A stretch of 31,065 nt of DNA, taken from a virus. Its lineage: Duplodnaviria > Caudoviricetes. The stretch covers positions 1 to 31,065 of the IMG/VR virus record IMGVR_UViG_3300044820_000053. One strand, 5' to 3'. The notes beneath the pieces were generated by a model that searched no databases, had not been told where the DNA came from, and saw only the letters and a list, made by a program, of their open reading frames with translations. Positions 24,070 through 31,065 of the stretch are shown piece by piece. How positions within the stretch are numbered: position 1 is the first letter of the stretch; every line of letters starts with the position of its first letter. The position numbers and the translations under genes are program-made.

Positions 24070-24290
24070 AGATCGCGACCCCAAAGCTGGCGCTCCCGGA
24101 AGGCCTGACGCTCGACATGATCGAAGACGCCGTCAAGCGCCGGATGGAAGGCCTCGACAATCCCGGTTTCTGCCTCGCGTGCGGAAACGAACAAGAGGGG
24201 TGTGAACCCGACGCCCGCGAATACGAGTGCGAGGCCTGCGGCGAACCGCAGGTCTACGGCGCGGACGAACTGCTGCTGGAGCTGTCGTGA
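24066..24290 (+). CDS. Small acidic zinc-ribbon protein (74 aa)
   Basis: GFCLACG...EPDAREYECEACG..VYG. Confidence 0.75.
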   Translation: MKIATPKLALPEGLTLDMIEDAVKRRMEGLDNPGFCLACGNEQEGCEPDAREYECEACGEPQVYGADELLLELS

Positions 24291-25063
24291 AAATCAGAGT
24301 TATCGACCTCGAAACGACCGGCGAAGCGCCACCCGATCACGGCGTCTGTGAAATCGGGTGGTGCGACGTCGTCAGCACGAAGACAGACCTCGCGCTCGAT
24401 CCCAGCGGGTGGGAGGTCGAGGCGCCGCAAGCCGTGCTTGTGAACCCCGGCCGACCGATGCCGCCCGAGACGGCCGCAATTCACCACATCATCGATGAAG
24501 ACGTGGCGGACGCGCCGCGCTGGGAAGATGTCTGGCCGGCGATCATCCGTCCAGGCGATGATGTGATTGCAGCCTTTGCCGCGCATTCTGCGAAATTCGA
24601 GCGGAAGTTCATCTCGGATGAGATGACGGCCGGCGCGCACTGGATCTGCACCTACAAGTGCGGCCTGCGCCTCTGGCCCGACGCACCGCTGCATAGCAAT
24701 CAGGGCCTCCGCTACTGGCGGAAGCCCATCGGCCTCAACCGCGACCTCGCGCGCCTGGCGCACCGCGCCGGGCCCGACGCCTACGTCACCGCGTTCCATG
24801 TTCGCGACCTTCTCGAAATGGCGTCCCTTGCCGACCTCGTGCGCTGGTCGAACCAACCGGCCCTGCAGGTGGTTTGCCATATTGGCAAACAGCGCGGGAT
24901 GAAGTGGCGGAACGTGGACATCGGCTTTCTCTACTGGCTCCTCGACAAGGACTTTGACGAGGATGTGCTGTTCACCGCGCGTACGGAAATCGAACGGCGC
25001 GAGCACGAGCATCCTGTCGATGTCGAGGAGGAGGATGTCGACCAAAGCGGGGGCTTGGCGTGA
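24287..25063 (+). CDS. exoX: DEDDh 3'-5' exonuclease (exonuclease X-like, 258 aa)
   Basis: GTGA-coupled start. IDLETTG (ExoI), AHSAKFE (ExoII), AHRAGPD (ExoIII); C-terminal GKQRG..W..VD.GFL.W. Confidence 0.85.
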   Translation: MKIRVIDLETTGEAPPDHGVCEIGWCDVVSTKTDLALDPSGWEVEAPQAVLVNPGRPMPPETAAIHHIIDEDVADAPRWEDVWPAIIRPGDDVIAAFAAHSAKFERKFISDEMTAGAHWICTYKCGLRLWPDAPLHSNQGLRYWRKPIGLNRDLARLAHRAGPDAYVTAFHVRDLLEMASLADLVRWSNQPALQVVCHIGKQRGMKWRNVDIGFLYWLLDKDFDEDVLFTARTEIERREHEHPVDVEEEDVDQSGGLA

Positions 25064-25809
25064 ATGTCGAGCTGCAGCCCGCACCTGTCGATGTCCGCAA
25101 GCCGCCGATCGGCGCCGTTCTCCGGCTGCACCCGCAAGGTCAACGCGGCATTTGCGGATGGTGCGGCGAAGCCGTCACCGAGACGACGCCGGTGCGCGGG
25201 TGGCTTAAATATTGGCACGACGCCTGCGCGGCGGAAATGGCAATCATCGAACAGCCCGACGCCGCCCGCCGTGCCGTCCTGGCCCGCGACAAAGGTATCT
25301 GTTGCGATTGCGGCGCGGATTGGAGCGATGCCGTCCGCTTCATCCCCGAGTTCTACGTCTCGAAAAACCGCGTCGATCCTGAAGGCATGGAGCCGGAACT
25401 CTATTCCCCCGGCCCCAAGCCAGGGACGTGGGTTCAGCTCAGCCACGAATACTTCGATTGGAGCGCGCGTCGAGAGCAACGGGTGCGATGCCCGTATGTC
25501 TCGCTTGTCGCGATTTCACTCTGGCACGTCGACCACAAGGTCCCGCTGTGGAAGGTCCGACATCTGCCGGCGCTGCAGCGCATCGAGTTTTTCAAACTCG
25601 CGAACCTCATCACTAGATGCGAGCCCTGTCACAAGATCAAGACCAGCAAGGAAGCCGCCGAGCGCGCGCACCTCAATGAGCTGGCCAGCGGGAAGAAGCC
25701 AAAGCAAGCGCGGAAATTCGGCTCACGGCAGATGCCGTGCGGCCGCAACTCCAAATGGATCAAACGCCTAAACGGGAAACCGGAGAAGCGAGATGGCGAG
25801 TCTGAATAG
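25060..25809 (+). CDS. HNH endonuclease with N-terminal Zn finger
   Basis: [24 protein letters not shown]...[14 protein letters not shown]. Confidence 0.85.
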   Translation: MNVELQPAPVDVRKPPIGAVLRLHPQGQRGICGWCGEAVTETTPVRGWLKYWHDACAAEMAIIEQPDAARRAVLARDKGICCDCGADWSDAVRFIPEFYVSKNRVDPEGMEPELYSPGPKPGTWVQLSHEYFDWSARREQRVRCPYVSLVAISLWHVDHKVPLWKVRHLPALQRIEFFKLANLITRCEPCHKIKTSKEAAERAHLNELASGKKPKQARKFGSRQMPCGRNSKWIKRLNGKPEKRDGESE

Positions 25810-26245
25810 GGTGCAGCTCATCGGCCACCTGGGGCGTGACCCCGAAGTGCGCCGCATGACGAGCGGCGATCCGGTGGTCAATCTGTCGATTGCCACGAGC
25901 GAGAGCTGGCGGGACAAGAACTCTGGCGAGCGAAAAGAGCGCACCGAGTGGCACCGCGTTGTGATCTTCAACAAAAACCTCGCCGAAATTGCCGAGAAGT
26001 ACCTGCACAAAGGTTCCAAGATTTTCCTCGAAGGCTCACTGCAAACGCGGAAGTGGACCGACCGCGACGGACAGGAGAAATACACCACAGAAATCGTGCT
26101 TGCCGCCTACAACGGCCAAATCATCATGCTCGACAACGCCCAGGGCCGTCGCAGTGATGATGACCAGAACGGTGCGAACGAGCGTTCCGCCCCCGCCGCT
26201 GGCGCCGACACCAGCGCGCCGATCGATGACGAAATCCCATTCTGA
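25793..26245 (+). CDS. ssb: Single-stranded DNA-binding protein
   Basis: [41 protein letters not shown] tail. Confidence 0.97.
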   Translation: MASLNRVQLIGHLGRDPEVRRMTSGDPVVNLSIATSESWRDKNSGERKERTEWHRVVIFNKNLAEIAEKYLHKGSKIFLEGSLQTRKWTDRDGQEKYTTEIVLAAYNGQIIMLDNAQGRRSDDDQNGANERSAPAAGADTSAPIDDEIPF

Positions 26246-26253
26246 GGGCGCGC

Positions 26254-26712
26254 GTGATGTCTGTTCCCGAATGCCCCTACTGCGGGCGGCCGGCCAAGGC
26301 TGTTGACGGGACCTCGATTTACCCGAACCGCCCCGAGCTGGCCCACAAGATGTTCTGGCGCTGCGATCCGTGCAGCGCATGGGTCGGATGCCACGCTGGC
26401 ACGATGGTCGCCCTCGGGCGCCTGGCTAACGCCGAGCTACGCGCCGCCAAGCAACGCGCACATGTGGCCTTTGATCCGCTGTGGCAGGGCAAAATGAAGC
26501 GCGACGGCTGCTCGAAGGCCGAGGCGCGGTCGGCCGGGTATCAGTGGCTTGCTGCCCAACTCGGCATCGAAACGCAGGCCTGCCACATCGGCATGTTTGA
26601 CGTCGATCAGTGCCAGCGCGTGGTCGAGGTCTGCACGTCCATTTCCCGAAATCACCAGCAGCCGCGGGACTCCGCGACCGGCGCGCTGCCTCAAACCACA
26701 GCCGCGGAATAA
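26254..26712 (+). CDS. DUF3268-family zinc-finger protein
   Basis: CPYCG, C..CSAWVGCH, LGRLANAELR, AH..FDPLW, YQWLA..LGI...CHIGMFD. Confidence 0.85.
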   Translation: MMSVPECPYCGRPAKAVDGTSIYPNRPELAHKMFWRCDPCSAWVGCHAGTMVALGRLANAELRAAKQRAHVAFDPLWQGKMKRDGCSKAEARSAGYQWLAAQLGIETQACHIGMFDVDQCQRVVEVCTSISRNHQQPRDSATGALPQTTAAE

Positions 26713-26726
26713 GGAAGGACCACGCA

Positions 26727-28460
26727 ATGACGAATACGGTCACAATCGACCAGCTACGGCCGGGCTACGAATACCCTGGCGGCAGCATCAACAGTCGAAA
26801 GGAATACACGCGCGATCAGATCAACAGCCGAAAGGAGTCGATTCTGGCATTCGGCATCCTGCAATCGCTGCTGGTCTGTCCGGCTCCTGGCAAAGACGGC
26901 ACACCCTATTATGTCGGCGCTGGCGGCCTGCGCCTCGTGGCCACCCAAGAGCTCGTCAAGGAAAAGAAGTTACCACCGACCTTTGAGGTCCCGATCCTCG
27001 TCAAAGGGGACTGGGATGCGGTCATGGCCCTGTCGGCCTCGATCGAGGAGAACCGGTCTCCGGTCCCGCCTCACCCCGTCGAGACGTTCGAGCAGTTCTC
27101 CGAAGTGAACAACCGCGGCAAGTCAGTCGAGGATATGGCGAAGCTCTACGGCATGGGCGTCAATGAAATCCGCGGTGTTCTCGCTTTGGGTCGGCTCTCT
27201 CCGACTATCCGCAAGGCGTGGAAGTCTGCCGAGTTCGGCGCTGAGTCCGCCAAGGCGTTCTTGTTCGGAAAGGATCACGCGCAGCAGGACGCCGTCTATA
27301 AGCGCCTGAAGAGCAGCGGGAAGTGGCAACTCAATCAGCCGCAGACAATCCGGCAGATGCTCGTGGGCGACCAGCGCATGGCGCCGGGTTGGCTGAACTT
27401 CGTCGGTCGCGAGGCATACGAGGCCGCTGGTGGTGGCATCAAAGAAGACCTGTTCGGCAAGCAGGACGCCGTGGGCGACATGGACCTGCTGAAAAAGCTG
27501 GTTGACGAGAAGATCGAAAAGAAATGCTCCGATCTGGTTGCGGGCGGATGGTCGTGGGCCAAACCGGATGACGCGCTCGACGCGAACGCGCGGCACTACT
27601 GGCCGAAAATCGGCAAGGGCGCGAACAGTTCGAAGGACGATAAGGCCAAGTCCGGTTGCATCGTGAACGTCAACCATCAGGGCCAGTTCGATATCGCCTT
27701 TGGCATCTGCAAGCCCGGCACGAAGGCGGCAAAACAGGCAAAACCCGGCAGCGGGAAGAAGGCCACCAAGCCAAAGGAAGGCGGTCCCGTTATCAGCAAT
27801 GCGATCGCGCAGCGCATGAGCGAATGGCTGACCTACGCCACCGGAGACGTGATCGCCGTCTCAAAGCCGGAAGTGATTCTTGCCCTTGCGCTGGCCGGGA
27901 TCGCCAGCACCGACCAAACAGTTGCGATGACGGAGCGCGGGCTTATCACGAAGCGCGGGGATCGCGATTACGACAAGGAAATTCCCGAGTTCGCGGACCT
28001 GTTCAAGGGTCTCCTGAAGCATCCGCTGAAGGACTTGCAGGCCCGGTTCGCGCGGGTCGTAGGCAACGCGTTGGACTTCCAGACCAACCACGCGGAGGAA
28101 AAGCCGTTCGAGGGCCGCCCCGAGCCGCTTGAAATTGCCAAGGCTATTGACGGCGACAAGCTCAACGCAGCGATCCGTCAGCGTTTCGATGCGGCCGACT
28201 ACTTCAAATCGGTCAGCGCGAAGGTCCGTCTTGCGGCGATCGAGGAAGCCATGGGCTCCGATCACGCCCGCACGGCTGCCAAGCTGAAGGGTGCCGAACA
28301 GGCGGCGTTCTGCGTCGAGAACCTGCCGAAGACGAAATGGCTGCCGCCTGAGCTGCGCACGTCGCACTACGACGGCCCGGCAGCGAAGAAGGCCACCGTC
28401 ACCAAGCTCAAACCAAAGGCGAAGACCACGAAAAAAGCCGCCCACAAGAAGGCGGCCTGA
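26727..28460 (+). CDS. ParB/RepB/Spo0J-family protein with long C-terminal extension (577 aa)
   Basis: AAGGA SD; SILAFGILQSLLV, AGGLRL, SIEEN, HTH SVEDMAKLYG, Y...GG.I.EDLF; Lys/Ala-rich tail. Confidence 0.85.
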   Translation: MTNTVTIDQLRPGYEYPGGSINSRKEYTRDQINSRKESILAFGILQSLLVCPAPGKDGTPYYVGAGGLRLVATQELVKEKKLPPTFEVPILVKGDWDAVMALSASIEENRSPVPPHPVETFEQFSEVNNRGKSVEDMAKLYGMGVNEIRGVLALGRLSPTIRKAWKSAEFGAESAKAFLFGKDHAQQDAVYKRLKSSGKWQLNQPQTIRQMLVGDQRMAPGWLNFVGREAYEAAGGGIKEDLFGKQDAVGDMDLLKKLVDEKIEKKCSDLVAGGWSWAKPDDALDANARHYWPKIGKGANSSKDDKAKSGCIVNVNHQGQFDIAFGICKPGTKAAKQAKPGSGKKATKPKEGGPVISNAIAQRMSEWLTYATGDVIAVSKPEVILALALAGIASTDQTVAMTERGLITKRGDRDYDKEIPEFADLFKGLLKHPLKDLQARFARVVGNALDFQTNHAEEKPFEGRPEPLEIAKAIDGDKLNAAIRQRFDAADYFKSVSAKVRLAAIEEAMGSDHARTAAKLKGAEQAAFCVENLPKTKWLPPELRTSHYDGPAAKKATVTKLKPKAKTTKKAAHKKAA

Positions 28461-28552
28461 CGGTCATGGGGCGGCGGCTTTCGAGATCGGCCGGGTGAAT
28501 GCCGGCAGGTCGGCGCCTTCCCCGCCCCACCACCTAACAGGACAGACAGACG

Positions 28553-30361
28553 ATGACATTCCCGATCCCCGACATAGCGCTGGCGCAGCACATTGCGGTG
28601 CTGGGGAAAACTGGCAGCGGCAAGACATCGACGGCGAAGCTGGCCGTCGAGCATGTGGTAAAGCAAGAAGCCCGGGTCTGCATTCTCGACCCGATCAAAT
28701 CCGACTGGTGGGGTCTGACCTCCAGCGCGAACGGCGAGCGCGCCGGGCTTCCCTTCCATATCCTCGGCGGACCCCGTGGCCATGTCGCGCTTCACCCGTC
28801 GGCCGGTAAGGCGGTCGGTGAAATTGTGGCGAGCGGCGAGCTGCCGTTGTCGATCATCGACATGGCGAATTTCAACCCCGGCGGCCAGGCGCAGTTTTTT
28901 GTCGATTTCGCACCGACGCTTTTGCGGCGAATGCGTGGCGTGGTCTATCTCGTCATCGAGGAAGCGCATCTGTTCGCCCCGAAGGAGCGCTCGGGGATCG
29001 GCGCCGAGAATATGTCGATCCACTGGGCGAAGATGCTGGCGACGGCGGGGCGCTCAAAAGGCGTGCGCCTCATCGTCGTCACCCAGCGCACCCAGGCATT
29101 GCACAACGCGCTGCTTGGCAGTTGCGACACCATGATTGCACACCGACTCACGGCGCCGGCGGACCAGGAGCCGGTCATCAAGTGGCTTAAGGCCAACACC
29201 GACAAGGTGACGGTCGAGAAGGTCGCCGCCTCGTTGTCCTCGCTGCCGACCGGCAGCGGATGGCTTTGCTCGGGCGAGGCCAAGGTTTTCGAGCTGGTCC
29301 GGTTCCCGCGGATCAGCACCTACGACAACACGGCAACGCCGACCGGAAAGGGTATCGACCACGACGTCAAGACCGCCGCGGTAGATCAAGAGAAGTTGCG
29401 CACGATCATCGGCACGGCTGTGAAGGAAGCCGAGGCGAACGATCCGCGCGCGCTGAAGGCGGAAGTGGCGCGCCTCTCGGCCGAGCTGCGCCGAGCATCC
29501 GCCGCACCGACTCCCTCAACTGTGGGCCAGAAATCGGAAGCTGCGGCGCTAAAGGAGCGCGAGCGCATCTTCGCCGCTGGCGTCAAGCAGGGCCGCGAAG
29601 AGGCCCAGACGGAATTTGCCGCCAGGGTGGCGACATTCCAGGCGGCAGTCACCGACGCGAACCAAGCGATCAACCCGCTGCTGCTCCAGCTTCGTAAGGA
29701 TGTGATGCACGCCGACGATGTGTTCCAGTCGCATATTCGGAACCTGACGAAGAGTGTCCCGGCGACGTCCATCAAGAACTTGCCTGCCACCGCCGCTTCG
29801 CCGCCCGCGCTGCCGTCGCCGGTTCAACCCGCGAGGCCCAAGCCCCCGGCATTGGTTCCGACAATTACCCGCGAGGCGACGGGACTGCCCGGCAATCAGC
29901 AGCGCGTTCTCGATTCCCTTCAGACGTGGCAACGCATGGGGCATCGCGCACCGTCGAATGCGCAGGTGGCCTGGCTGGCGAACTACTCCCCGACTTCCAC
30001 GTCGTACACCAATCCGCGCGGCGCGCTGAAATCGTCCGGCCTGGTCGAGTATCCGTCACCCGATCGGGTCGCGCTGACCGACCAGGGCGCACATCTCGCC
30101 GGGCAGATCGACCTCGGCGGTGACCTGCTCGCCTATGTGCTGAACCAGCTCCCGGGCAACGAGCGCCGCGTCCTCGAGGCTGTCGTCGCGGCCTATCCCA
30201 ACGCTGACAGCAACGATGCCGTCGCAGAGCGCGCCAACTACAGCGCGTCCTCGACCAGCTACACGAACCCGCGCGGTTCGTTGAAATCGAAAGAGCTCAT
30301 CACCTATCCGGCAGGCGGCATGGTCCGCGCCGTCGATTGGCTCTTTGAAGGAGGACGGTGA
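28553..30361 (+). CDS. HerA/FtsK-family ATPase (DUF87-type) with two C-terminal winged-helix-like repeats (602 aa)
   Basis: HIAVLGKTGSGKT Walker A, ILDP, LVIEEAH Walker B, GRSKG Arg finger, TQR sensor; tandem 88-aa repeat. Confidence 0.85.
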   Translation: MTFPIPDIALAQHIAVLGKTGSGKTSTAKLAVEHVVKQEARVCILDPIKSDWWGLTSSANGERAGLPFHILGGPRGHVALHPSAGKAVGEIVASGELPLSIIDMANFNPGGQAQFFVDFAPTLLRRMRGVVYLVIEEAHLFAPKERSGIGAENMSIHWAKMLATAGRSKGVRLIVVTQRTQALHNALLGSCDTMIAHRLTAPADQEPVIKWLKANTDKVTVEKVAASLSSLPTGSGWLCSGEAKVFELVRFPRISTYDNTATPTGKGIDHDVKTAAVDQEKLRTIIGTAVKEAEANDPRALKAEVARLSAELRRASAAPTPSTVGQKSEAAALKERERIFAAGVKQGREEAQTEFAARVATFQAAVTDANQAINPLLLQLRKDVMHADDVFQSHIRNLTKSVPATSIKNLPATAASPPALPSPVQPARPKPPALVPTITREATGLPGNQQRVLDSLQTWQRMGHRAPSNAQVAWLANYSPTSTSYTNPRGALKSSGLVEYPSPDRVALTDQGAHLAGQIDLGGDLLAYVLNQLPGNERRVLEAVVAAYPNADSNDAVAERANYSASSTSYTNPRGSLKSKELITYPAGGMVRAVDWLFEGGR

Positions 30362-30750
30362 TGGAAGAGCAGACCTGCCGCTATTGCGGATGCACCGACC
30401 GCCGCGCGTGCGAAGGCGGATGCTACTGGGTCAATCCGGGCTATTGCTCGGCCTGCGCCGATCGGCACATGGACCAGTTGGTCGAGGCCGCGGCCGCGTG
30501 GGTCGAGAAGAACGGCATGTTTACCGGCGCCGGGCGGCATCGCCGCTTGTCCGGCACCATGACGTGCAAGGACCTGCAGCTCGGCGGGCGCCCCTGCGTC
30601 GTGACGATCGGCGCCACCGGCCTCGCCGTGACCGACCACCTGGGCGTCGAGGTTTTCAGCCTGACCCCAGACACCGCGGCGCTCGCCGCGCATTACGACG
30701 CGCTCGAAGTCAGGGCGCTATTTGCCGATGAAACCAGGAGGGCAGCATGA
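30358..30750 (+). CDS. Cys-rich phage protein (130 aa)
   Basis: CRYCGCTDRRACEGGCYW...CSAC; GGAGG SD. Confidence 0.75.
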   Translation: MMEEQTCRYCGCTDRRACEGGCYWVNPGYCSACADRHMDQLVEAAAAWVEKNGMFTGAGRHRRLSGTMTCKDLQLGGRPCVVTIGATGLAVTDHLGVEVFSLTPDTAALAAHYDALEVRALFADETRRAA

Positions 30751-31065
30751 CAATCACAATCGAACAGCAAATCGCGTGCGCGCGCCGTGAGCTGGCGCTG
30801 CGCCAGCGTGTCTATCCCAAGTGGGTCGCCACGGGCAGGATGAAGCAGGCCGAGGCCGACAAGGAACTCGCCGCGATGCAGGCCGTGCACGACACGCTCG
30901 CCGCGATCGCGGAGAAGCCCGCCCCCACCAAAGAGCTGCCCGCCGATGTCGTGCGCCTGATCCTGGCCGCGCGCGAAGTCGCCTTTGGCGACATCAGGAT
31001 CGGCGGTCGAGACGACAAGGCGATGCAGGAACTCGATCCCGCCAGCGAGGCCTTTGCCGATCGCG
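30747..31065 (+). CDS. Conserved phage hypothetical protein; 3' end runs off the window
   Basis: Not in the track. ATGA coupling and AGGAGG SD; MTITIEQQIACARRELALRQRVYPKWVATGRM...; open to the window end. Confidence 0.75.
   Translation, partial: MTITIEQQIACARRELALRQRVYPKWVATGRMKQAEADKELAAMQAVHDTLAAIAEKPAPTKELPADVVRLILAAREVAFGDIRIGGRDDKAMQELDPASEAFADR

Larger units (their letters stand above)
1..31065. mobile_element. Lambdoid temperate phage/prophage segment (head, packaging, late control, replication, immunity and recombination modules); both ends lie outside the window
   Basis: Canonical order terS-terL-portal-protease-capsid-connector on the minus strand, divergent cI/cro with operators, O-like initiator with iterons, and bet/exo/ssb. 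Genes are tightly coupled by ATGA/GTGA overlaps. Confidence 0.97.

Noticed and set aside
28553-30361. HerA-NurA or Sir2-HerA defence system
   Set aside because: No nuclease or sirtuin partner is adjacent, and the gene sits in the phage early operon.
1-31065. tRNA genes, integrase/att sites, IS elements, reverse transcriptase/DGR
   Set aside because: None recognised by eye; tRNAscan-SE and HMM searches would be needed to exclude them formally.

Overview
The whole window is the central part of a lambdoid temperate phage or prophage, probably from an alphaproteobacterial host (GC-rich, suhB/MmgR-type sRNA, RpoH-like sigma factor, GapR-like protein). No host genes, integrase, tail or lysis genes fall inside it. 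A cI/cro switch at about 18.3-19.3 kb, with five ATAG-N6-CTAT-type operators, splits it into two arms. The minus-strand arm runs cro, a cII-position HTH gene, GapR-like, RuvC-like, sigma factor, ParB-like DGQHR protein, adenine MTase, replication initiator with iterons, helicase loader, NusG paralog, ParB-N, Mom, Dps, sRNA, terS, terL, portal-MuF fusion, prohead protease fusion, HK97 capsid, decoration protein and head-tail connector. The plus-strand early arm runs a permuted GHKL ATPase, Gp157, Bet recombinase, ExoX, HNH, SSB, DUF3268, ParB and a HerA-like ATPase. The standout is the prohead protease, which carries an intact Acb1-like 2H phosphoesterase (anti-CBASS) domain plus an HxH-repeat domain. 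This joins a reported CBASS trigger to a CBASS-signal-degrading enzyme in one head polyprotein. Family assignments come from motif recognition by eye, not from database searches, and several start codons were re-chosen using SD motifs and stop/start overlaps.
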